A stretch of DNA of 59,440 nt, the filler included. It is 4 parts of 4 records of this genome, joined end to end, with 100 filler letters (N's around TTAATTAATTAA, not from the genome) between each part and the next. Parts side by side here need not be neighbours in the genome. Positions count along the whole stretch, not along the records: positions 24,967 to 52,465 come from SRR20825019_997; 3 more parts are not named here. One strand, given 5' to 3'. Numbering within the stretch: the first letter of the stretch is position 1; each line of letters begins with the position of its first letter. This document shows, piece after piece, positions 36,860 through 48,800 of this stretch. The notes beneath the pieces were generated by a model, which worked only from the letters and a program-made list of their open reading frames with translations, was not told the DNA's origin and did not search any database. Both the position numbers and the translations under genes were made by a program.

Positions 36860-39800
36860 ATGCACACTAACAATCGACAACAAACAAACAACAGTTACAC
36901 GGGAAGCCCTCATCGACACCCAGGGGTTTATGTCATAGTAGCATTGGTGCTGGCCTTATCCGTTCGAGGAAGTGTGGGAAGGTCCGTCATCACTGATGCG
37001 GTGACTCCTCTTTGTCACTGTACCTTCAATGAGTGCAGTGAAGATACTCTACTATCTTTGCACTTCGAAACAGTTGCTTCGGGAACCAATGGACTGGCGG
37101 GGGGCACGACAAGCATGACCCCATGCTCTGTCAATGCAGCAACGCTGAGGTAAGATTGCTTGGTATGAAGTTTGTTGATGTCTTACTGCTTCCCCAGTCC
37201 CACAACTTCCAATCCCGAAGTTGTAGAGCGCGTTAATCAAGTGGGCAGCACAGAGAATGCCTTGGTAGTAAATTCTACACACACAGTCGTAGGGAGCTTG
37301 AAAGTATCTTCGGCTATAACAAAATTGGAGGTTGCTGGATATGTGGAGTTGAGCTCCGATGCAGAGAAGCAGCAGTACGGAGCCTTCTCAACTCTGGCTG
37401 AAGTTGGGTGGACTGCAGATGACGCCTTCTCTACTTCTTCTAACTGGGAGCAGAAGGCTGAAGCTGCAATTGACGGCCAGGACACTCAAGGTTACTATGG
37501 AAGCGTTTTCGACGGTAGATACATATACTACAGCCCAAAGATCAATGATACTACCTACAATGGAATATTTGTAAGATATGACACAACCTTAGAATTTGCA
37601 GATGACAACGCCTGGACTTCCTATGGAAACGCTCCAGTGAATGGCTTTTCTGGAGGTGTCTTTGATGGAACTTACATATACTTCACTCCATATAGGTCCA
37701 AGTCTGATGGGAACAACACGATCATCCATCGTTTTGATACTAGGCAAACATTCAATATCTCTGAGGGATGGGAGAGCAAGGATGTGAGGGGCCCCATCGA
37801 CGAGCTCGAGTCATTCGGCAACTTTCATGGTGGAATTTTTGACGGAGAGTATGTGTACTTCTGCCCCCACTCATCAACTCGGATACTGCGGTATCGCACC
37901 ACCTTTGAATTTTCTTATGACTCGAGCTGGGACCATTTTGATATGAATCAGACCCATTTGACCGGAGGTTGGAGTGGAATGGCCTTCGATGGCCGATACG
38001 TTTATCTAGTACCGAATCAAGGATATGATGGAGTACCTCACGCCATTCTAGCGCGATATGACACACAGGCTTCCTTTTCAGACATTTCGTCGTATGAATC
38101 TATGGATATTAGCGCCGTAGATGGTCAGAGTGGCATGTCGAAATGGGATGGAGCCATATACGATGGGTCCTTTTTGTACTTGGCTCCAGCATCCTCCGGA
38201 AAGGTGGTGCGTTTCGATGTTTCCCAAACGTTTGCAACCGCATCTGCTTGGAAGGTGTTTGATGCTACAAGTCTATCTTTGCAAGCAACTGGGTATTCTC
38301 TTGGGTGTTTCGATGGAAGATACGTATATTTTACTCCAAGTGAGAACGGAACGGCACCACTGCGCTTCGACACCAATGGTGACTTTTCTACTGCCGGAAA
38401 TTGGGAGCAAATTCCTGTATGGGACTTTCAAACTGATCACACCCTCACAGGCTATGCTGGCTGTTCCTTCGACGGTCTGAACGTGTACTTTGTTCCGGGT
38501 GACAACAGCGCAACAGGCGCGCACGGCCAGTTTCTCAAATACAAGACCTCACATTCTGCGGGAGGCTTTTCCCTGGGAATAAGAGCCCCGGGCATGGCTG
38601 CAGTAGGACCGACGTTGGCTCTCAAAACAAGTGACGGAGAATTTGTCCTTAGTAGCAATTATGCACTGTCGGGTGCGCTACTTTCTAGCGATACATATCG
38701 TCACATCGGAGGAACATACGACTCCACCACAGGATTACTTGCATTGTGGATAGATGGTAGTCAGGTCGCCAGCCGTTACATATCTGGGACACCTCAAAAC
38801 CTTCCGGACGCTGCGACAGTGAATATTGGGGCTGGTTTTGAAGGAACCATTGATGAGGTTAGGATCATGAACGGTGTAGTTATGAATACCACCTCATATG
38901 GATGTGTGACTACCGATCACTCCTCTGAGCCAGCGGTTTCGGTCCCAAACTCAATCAAGTTCACCGGAGCGTCTTCGGTAAGCCTTCCAGCAGAAACTGG
39001 CCCCTTAACAGCAACAAATATGACAATTGAGTTTTGGCTAAAACCAGCCAGGGTTGTTGCAAGACAAGAACTTATAAGCCGTGGGCCGTGGTTTATCAAT
39101 TTGCAAGACCATAGGATTTCATGGTATATGTTTGGAGCGTCTCCGTCTGAAGGGTATTGGCGTACAAAAATTGCTAACCCTATTCCCATCGATTATTGGA
39201 CGCACTTTGCTGTCACTTATGGTGATGGGTACTTGAAGATGTATTTGAACGGTACCCTGAATCGCGAAGAAGAAGTTTCCGGAATGGGACACTCTGCTGA
39301 AGAGCTAGCAGAATCAAGGACAGTAACTATGGGGAAATGTGCAATCTGTGCAGATGGCTATGAGTTTTTCTTTAAGGGAGAACTTGATGAAGTACGTTTG
39401 TGGAATACTATTCGGTCCCCTAGTGACATCCTAGCCTATTATCAAGCAGAGTTGACTAGCACCCAACTGACCGACTCCACCCTGTTAGGCGAATACTCTT
39501 TCGATGAAACTTGCGGAGTGACCGCTTTTGGAGCATCGAGTGGAACCTACAATGGTACTATTCATGATGCCATTGTTACTGCTACAAGAGTTCGCAATCC
39601 ATGCGTAGGAACTCCTGTATGTTCTAGTCATGGCACTTGCGTTGGTGTATCTGCGCTGCCTACTTGCAACTGCACAAACCCTTGGGTTGGAGATGAATGT
39701 GGTGTTCCCCAAGTGTCTTCTATCACTCCCGGTGGGGGGAAACCTGTTGGTGGTTTCGAAATAACAATTACTGGGGCAAACTTTGGGGAACCGGCAGATA

Positions 39801-42800
39801 CCTCCAAAGTGTCAGAAATATCCATAGGAGGAAGAGCATGCACAACTGTAACATACGTGAGTTTCACGGAAGCCAAATGCATAGTACCTGCTGGTGTGGG
39901 AAAAAGTTTGGACGTGTCCGTAACCCTTCTTGGACGAGTTTCTGTTACAAATACCTTGTTTTCTTATGATGGCCCAGTCACGGAGTATGTTTATCCTGAT
40001 ACCGGCAGGACATATGGAGCCGAGAATGTTACCATCATTGGCTACAATTTTGGAACAGAAGATTTTGACCCAAGTGCCTCAGTTGGGATCTCTACGTGTC
40101 AACAAACATACTGGGTCAATGATACACTAGTGATTTGCACCACTCCTGCAGGAGTAGGCACTCATAAGGACGTAATTCTCACGCTGGGTAATGACGCTAG
40201 TCAGAGTGATAATCAGCTTTTCTCGTACAAGGCACCTACAGTATCATACATTGTTCCTGTGACTGGAGAAGCAGTTGGAGGAAACAATGTAACCCTTATT
40301 GGTACAAACTTCGGAACTGCCTTCTCTGAAACACCTAATATCACACTAGACTATGATCAGTGCTTTTCAACCTTGTACTTGAATAATAGCGCTGTGGTTT
40401 GCGAAACTCCTTCTGGATATGGTATTTCTCGAGATATCATCGTGTCTATGAACAATTTGACGACGGTTAGCTCGGGAATATTTACGTACAAGTCGCCGAC
40501 AATATCACATTTACTTCCGGGTAGCGATACCTTTGCGTGTGGAGGCACTGATACTGTCACGATACACGGAGTCAACTTTGGTGTAACGGACCCCACTCCC
40601 AGTGCTAGCATCAAGACAAATGACTTCGACTGCCTTACCCTAGCATGGATCAACAACACGATGTTGACGTGTTCTCCATCAGGCTATGGTACTAATCATG
40701 ATCTTACAGTATCTGTTCAGGGTGGCGTGTCTGCTGCATTAACAGGGGCTATATCATTCAATATTCCTACTGTAAACTCTTTAACTCCTGCAAGAAGTGA
40801 CACAAAAGGAAGTGACACGGTCACCGTGAATGGCGTGGACTTCGGATACCAAGATCCTAGCCCTAGCATATCTATCGATGGGCAGGCCTGCCAGACAAGT
40901 GCTTGGTCCAGCAACACACAGGTTACGTGTGTGATGAATGCTGGATTTGGAGGGGGAAAAGATGTACTTGTGACAGTGGATGGCCAAACTTCTTCTGCAG
41001 GCAATAGTCTTCACTATTATAAGACACCTACGATTTCCTCAAGTGGTTTCTTCTCTGATACTGATGGTTCGAAAAATCTAACAATCACTGGGGACAATTT
41101 CGGCGGATTGGAGAATTCACCGGCGATATCTATAGATGGTGTAGGATGCCAATCATCATACTGGATATCTAACACCGAAATATTATGCCATGTACCTCCT
41201 GGCAAGGGGGAGAACTATGACGTCGGAGTTACTATTGGTGTCAACTCGAATCTTGACATCGTCAACAAACTTTTCTCGTACAAGTGTAGGTATGACGAGG
41301 TGGATCCATTGATGTCACTAATAGCATTCTAACAGCTCCCACAATATCCTGGACGTACCCCGAGACTGCCAGTCCTAGTGGCATATCAACTGTATCCATT
41401 ATAGGAACAAATTTTGGTTCCTCAAATCCTTCAATTCAGATTGAAGTGTCTCAAAGAACTTGTGGTAATCCCACATATGTCAACAATACAATGGTCCTCT
41501 GCAAATTTCCCGCCAATATTGGAGGGAATCATCGAATTAACGTGACATCTGCCGGATTGCTTGGAGAGAGTGACCCTTTCTTCCAGTATGGGGGTCCAGA
41601 AGTCTATTCCGTTGATCCAACCTCTGTCAATGTTGGTGGTGCCACCGTGACTATTTCGGGCACGTCCTTTGGGCTTGAGTCGAGTGCTGTAGTGGCTAGT
41701 GTCAACAATCGCACATGCATTAGCACTACATACATATCAAATGAGCAAATGCTGTGCCATGCCCCTCCTGGAGTGGGCTTCGGTAGAGATGTTGTAGTTA
41801 CTGTAGCGAGTCAGACTGGAGTAGGAACTGCGGTTCTAACCTACGACCGTCCCACAGTTACTGCAGTCAGTCCCCTTCCTGTGCCTGCTGCAGAGGGTGC
41901 GGCTGGTCAAATAACTGTGTCCGTAGACGGGGCAAATTTCGGCACTGAAGAACACGCAGATTGGGGCATTGAAGCCAATATTACTTTCGGTGACTTCGGA
42001 TGCAGTGATGTGGCCTGGGTGAGCAACACTCGACTCACATGTACCAGTGATAATGGCTATGGCAAGGACCTTTCGGCTCGTGTGACCATCGATGGTCAGG
42101 CCACAAACATATCGAATACGCTCTTTCAATACGCGGTACCAACAGTTTCCGCAGTTGATCCCGACCGGGGAGTAGCCGCGGGAGGCGAAAACATTACCAT
42201 TCAAGGAAGTAATTTTGGCGGATACGACATGGGCAACAACTTAACAGCTTCAATCGGAACAGGAAGTTGTACTGTAATGGCGTTCATTAGTAATACTGCA
42301 GTGAGGTGTGAAACTCCTATCGGAAAAGGATTCTTGGTAGATGTTGTGGTGACAACTGGGAACACCGATTCTGGAACTTCAGGAAACGACATCTTTACGT
42401 ACAAAGGCCCAACCGTAGCCTCACTGCTTCCAGATGTGGCATATGGAGCTGGGGGAGAAAATATTACTGTTCTGGGTACAAACTTTGGCGCTGCAGGAGC
42501 GGTGATTGATATTCTGGTGAATAGCACTAGCTGTGTTCAAAGCTACTTTGTCAACGATACTCATGTGATTTGTGAGTCCAATCCGGGAGCTGGAAAGGAT
42601 GGAATCGTCGTAGTTAGTACCAACGGAATTACTAGCCCTTCGGAAGTTGATGGCCTTTTTTCTTATCGGATCCCTACAGTCTCGTACACTACTCCAGGCA
42701 CTGCTGCTACCGACGGAGGTGAAACAATATCTGTTGTCGGTGTCAACTTCGGAGGTGCCTCCCACTCTGACCTTGGAATGACGATTGGTGGGCTTGCTTG

Positions 42801-45800
42801 TGCAGGCTCCGTATCATGGATTAACAACACCCTAATTGTCTGTTCTAATCACCCAGCGGGCGTTGGTGGATTGAAAGATGTAGTTACGGAAATTCGAACC
42901 CAGAGCAACAATATTAGTTTGAGTGGGGTAGACTATGGTTACCAATTGTTCAGCTACAAGGCTCCGACAGTTACTTCTATTGATCCGAATGTGCTTCCAA
43001 CTTCAGGAGGCGTCACTACTATCAGTGGCGCTAATTTTGGTAGTAGTGGTGATTCGAGAGTGACAACTGTTGGAGGTATTGTTTGCACCGAGTCGGCATT
43101 TACCTCTTCAAACCAAATAGAATGTAATCTCGCTCAAGGGTTTGGTACCAGACTGAATATATCAATGATACTCGAACTACTTCCTAGTGTCGGGGAGACT
43201 GAACTCTTTTCGTTTAAGGCTCCTACGGTGAATTCTATTGCTCCGACAACATCGTATGCTGATGGGTCTTCAGAAGTGACTGTTACTGGAAGTAATTTCG
43301 GCTTTCTTGTTAGCAGCGGGCATGAAACTAATCGTCAATGGCCTGTTGTCAATGCTACCATTGGTGCATCCTCATGCCAACTAACAGTATGGGTCAGCGA
43401 CACCACGATGAGATGCCAAGTTCCCAAAGGATATGGTATAGGAAAAGAAGTGCTAGTGACAGTCTCCAACTCAACATCAGCAACTGGAAACTCGTTATAC
43501 ACCTACATGGGCCCTACGATTACTGCACACAATCCAACTGGAGGGCCAACAGATGGTTCGACATCGATTACTGTCAGTGGTCGCAACTTCGGAGGTATAT
43601 CTTCTCCAATCAATATCACTGTGGAGCATGTCGAGTGTACCGGAAGCTCATATGTTTCTGACACTACCGCTGTATGCCATCTACCCCCAGGAACTGGGAC
43701 ATCGAAAACTGTACGTGCGTACATTGGCGAATTGCATGTAGATGGTCTTCAAAATAGCTTTACCTATGGTTCACCTCAGGTGTACTACTCTTTCCCCACC
43801 ACAGCTTCCACAGATGGCAGCGAGACTATATCTATAGTGGGCCTGAACTTCGGTGGGCCTCTTGATCCTAGAAATGTTGAAATTGGAGGCGTGAATTGTA
43901 TTTCAGTTGGGCACATCAACTCAACATGGATGCGTTGCGTGCCCCCAACTGGATATGGTGTTTCCAAAGAAATCGTTGCAACTATATCAGGCCAAATTTC
44001 AAGTGTTGCAAATACTATCCAATTCAGTTACAAGGTTCCTACGATTACCTCTGTGCTGCCATTTGCAAATGGAGACGGAAGCAGCACAGTAACACTGGCT
44101 GGTTCAAACTTTGGAGCTACTTCAAATAGTCTGACAATTTCTTTGGGCAACCGAACTTGCACGACACCAACTTACATTAGCAATACGGCAGCACACTGTC
44201 ATGCTCCGGCGGGATATGGAAAGGGAATTCATGCTTCTATTACCGTAAGCGGGCAAATTTCTCTACTTGGAAACACTCTCTTCAGCTACAAGATCCCAAC
44301 AGTGTCGAGCATTGTGCCAGATATAGAGAATTCTAGCGGGGCTGGAACAATGACAATAACTGGTACGAACTTTGGAACAACAATTCTCACCGTCGACCCA
44401 GTTCAAAGTGTGAGTATCGACGGTATATCATGCCCATCTACCGTCTATGTCAGCAATACAGTAATGCACTGTATCATCCCACCGGGTTTCGGCATCGAGA
44501 ATGACGTAATTGTGACTTCTTCTACACTTGTGAGCGATTCCGTAGGGAACAAGTTATTCACATACAAAAGCCCAACAGTTACTGGGATTACTCCGGATAC
44601 CGCCGCAACTGACGGAAGTGAATGGATCACGATACTTGGCTCGAATTTTGGTGGCATTACTTCAGATGTTTCTTCAACAGTAGGCACACGCAAGTGTAAG
44701 CAGACAGTGTATATAAGCGATACACAAGCCAAGTGCCAAGTCGCCCAAGGGTATGGATACATGTTCGCGGTCACTGTCACAGTGGAGTCTCAGGAGGGAA
44801 CAGATGCCCATTTGTTCTCATACAAATCGCCAACCTTGTCTGGAATTACACCTGATACGGGACGAACATATGGCAGAAACGAAGAAACTGTGACCGTCCA
44901 TGGTACAAATTTTGGTGGAGAATCTGGTCTTAGCCTGTCGGTTTCGTTGATGAATATTACTTGCTTATCGCAGGGTCATATCAACAATACCCATGTCTAC
45001 TGCGGAATTCCTGGTGGTTATGGTGCGTCAAGACAGATTGACGTTACTATTGCCGGACTGGTTTCTGTTACTCCTAACCAGTACTTCACCTATTTTTCGC
45101 CTACGGTTCGGCGAGTATATACTGGTATTGAGAGCACTCATGGTGGCAGCATAACCATAATGGGATACAATTTTGGTGCTCTAAACAATTCCATGGAGGC
45201 CACAATTCACAGTGTCTCGTGCACAAATCCACTTTGGGTGAGCGATCGTGCGATGACATGTGTCGCTCCATCAGGCATAGGATATGGCAAGGATGTACGA
45301 GTCACAGCTACCAGTCAAACAAGTACCCCGCTCACAGCATTCTCCTATGATATTCCATATGTAACGGCAGTTGTCCCTGACAAAGGCAGGACGATCGGCA
45401 ATGAATATGTAACCATATATGGAGGTTACTATGGGGTTTCTGACTTCACCCCAGAAGTAACAATCGGAAATCGCACAGCCACAAATGTCACATGGATTTC
45501 TGATGACATTATAATAGTGACTACCCCAGCAGGGATCAATTCCACAAGACACATTGGTGTTACAGTAGGAAACCAAACCAATGTCGACGCCTTCCTGTTT
45601 TCGTACAAAGTCCCCACAGTATCATATGTACTACCCAATATGGTGTTGCATGATGGAGGTGAAACAGTGACGGTAATTGGAGATAACTTTGGGCCATCAA
45701 TTACCCTTGATGGGCAGGATCCAGTAACTTTCGTTGACGGTATTAAGTGCACCACGACGACATACATCAGCGAAACGGCTGTTAGGTGCGTGATGCCCGA

Positions 45801-48800
45801 AGTGAACCCCGATCCTCATCATTTGGTCGAAGTTGCGGTTGGAGACTTAATTAGTCAATCTGAACAAGGTGTATCCAAGCATGTCATCCATGCGTACTCA
45901 GTCCCCGAAATCATTCGTGTAGATCCTGAAGTAGGGTCAACATTGGGGTGGACTTTGACCGTATATGGAAGGAATTTCGGTTCAGCCAACTCAACTGGAT
46001 CTAACATCGAAGCCAGAAATTCGACTGCATTAGTGGGAGGTCGTCCCGTGACATCATTATCGTGGGTCAATGACACAATGATTGTTTTAGTGGCACCTCC
46101 AAATACTGGCTTCGGGAGAGATGTGCAAGTGTTTGTTGACACTATTGCCTCGAACGTGTGGTCATCAGTGACCTACAAAAGCCCTACAGTAACGGCTGTG
46201 CGTCCTTCAATCATCGATACCCGAGGTGCCATGATAACCGCATTGGGACACAACTTTGGCCTAACCTCGATCGGGAGCACCGTGGCGGCGGAGGTGGCCA
46301 CAGTATCATGTACTTCACCCACGGTGTTATCAGATACAATGATATCGTGCATAGCACCTGCCGGAACTGGTACTGCTAAGAATGTTGCAGTAACTGTCGA
46401 AGGGCAAGCAAGCTCAACAACCCCAACATTCTTGGATTATGAAAATCCCGTAATTTCCAAAGTTACACCAAACCATGGTCCTGCTGCAGGGACAAATTCC
46501 ATTACTATCCTGGGCAATGGATTCGGTGTAGCAGATCCAAGTTCCCGCATCCGGATAGGATGGGTGGATTGTGCCGCAACTAGCTGGGTGTCCGACCTGG
46601 AAGTGCATTGTCAAATTCCTCCTGGAATTGGTACATCTTTCCAAGTCCACATGGTAACTGATGGTCAAAATTCTACTTATAGTTACCACATACAAAACAA
46701 CATCGTTTTGACCGAAATGCAAGAACCTGACGGTGATCTCATCTACTCGTATGATGCCCCTGTGATATCTTCTATTTCTCCAAACGTCGTATCAACAAAT
46801 GGTTCTGGCCTCATTACTATTAGTGGCCTAAATTTCGGAACGACCACGAATGCGCTCACAGCTACATTTGGTACAAACTCATGTGACCCTGCCGCCGCTT
46901 GGGTCAGCGACCAAGCAGTCACGTGCGGAGTGCCTAGAGGCACTGGAACCGGATACGAAGTCCAAGTTACAGTGGCAGCGCAGACCAGCTCTCCTAATAC
47001 TGCTGGAGACAATGTTGTCTCTTATTTTGCTCCTCAAGTGCACAATCTAACTCTTTCCAACACGACGACACGTGGAGGGGTGATCACTGTAAGAGGAAAT
47101 GATTTCGGATCTCTTGCGTCCGCTGCATCCTTGACTGTGGCTGGGCAAACATGTCGTATCGATTCCTTGTCAGATCACATCATTGAGTGCTATGTGGCAA
47201 CAGGGTCTGGCGTTAACCACAACGTCACCCTTACTGTGTCTGGTCAGGAGGCGTTCATCGACCCGTCTGTCCGGTTTTCTTATGATCGTCCGTTCATTGC
47301 GGGCATTTCACCTGAGTCGGGCGGGACAGATGGAGCCTACTCGCTTACCATATCTGGAAGCAGCTTTGGCGTCAGTTCAGAAAAAATAACAGTATGGCTT
47401 GCGAAAGACGGCCATACCTTCAGCTGCTCATCCGTTGGACTACAAACTTGGAGGACTGATTGGGACCTCATCACTTGCAGCCTAGAGAGTGGACACTTCG
47501 AACATCTAAGTATGAATGTGCTTGTTGACGGTCAATACTCTGAAGGGCTGGCATACTTTTCATATGATATTCCTGTGGTAACAAGCGTGCTAGCCGGTGA
47601 CGACAGTCTTACTCCAACAAGAAGTGCAGCGGTTGGCGGATTGGTGGTCACAGTTAATGGAAACAATTTTGGTGCTCTCGAGAATTCCGATTCGCGTTAC
47701 AATCCACCAAGGTCTGTGTCAATTGATGGACATAATTGTACATCAGTGACCTATGTGAGCGACAATCAATTGTGGTGCACCACTCCTCCTCTTGTTGGAA
47801 GGGATTTGTCAGTGGTGGTAACTCTGGGTCACCAAGTCAATGTTGCAAATACCCTGTTCTCCTACAAGATTCCTACTGTTACCGGGCTGAATCCTAGCAA
47901 CGGCACTACGGCAGGAAACGAGTATGTGACCATTCTTGGCAATAATTTTGGTATCACAAACTACACAAATCATATGGTGAATGCATCTATAGGCGGGTTG
48001 CCTTGCGTCGATCTCCTTGGCGGACTTCTTCTGTCAAATACTGCAGTGCTTTGCGCTTCACCAGCCAATACAGGGCCGTCTCAGGAGGTTCAAGTAACTG
48101 TCTCAGGCCAGGTTGGAAGTGGGTCGCCTAATGTTGAATTCACATACAACGCTCCGGAGGTGAACTCAATTACCCCCAGCGCTCGATTTGCAACAGACAA
48201 CACTGACACTATCACCATAAGTGGAAGATACTTCGGGGCGGTTGGTCATGTTTTGCTGCATGCTAGTTTGGGGACGTTCAGCTGCTTACAGACCTTATGG
48301 GTTGACGATCAACAGATCTTGTGCTCGTTGCCTCAAGGAACAGGAGAAGCACTTGATGTTCACGTTGCGATTTATAATGTGACCGCCACTGGAATCGGCC
48401 TGTTTTCATACAAGATTCCGTCAGTTACCGCTATAACCCCCACTACAGCCTCCACAAGTCTTAGTGAAGAGGTAACTATTGAAGGATCAAACTTTGGTGT
48501 GTCATCTACAGCACTTACGGCGTCCATTGGAAGTGACGCGTGTGTGAATCCGACGCATGTGTCGAATACCAGAATCACCTGCAAGGTCCCTGTGTCTGGA
48601 GGGTCCTTGAAGGTTGTTAGTGCCACGGTCACCAGCCAAGTTGGTGTATCACCCACTGAAATCTTTTCGTACAAGGTTCCTACAGTCAATTTCATTTCTG
48701 ATTCGGGGATACTGCCTACCGCCGGAGGCCACCCGGTGACCATTTGGGGAGCCAACTTTGGTCCTGGCGCTGACACACTCTATGTTTCTATTTTCGGAAG

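Noticed and set aside
41283-41446. Frameshift, pseudogene or programmed recoding between the 1386-aa and 3330-aa ORFs
   Set aside because: A canonical 50-nt GT-AG intron with a CTAAT/CTAAC branch point restores the frame and the FSYKSPT linker.
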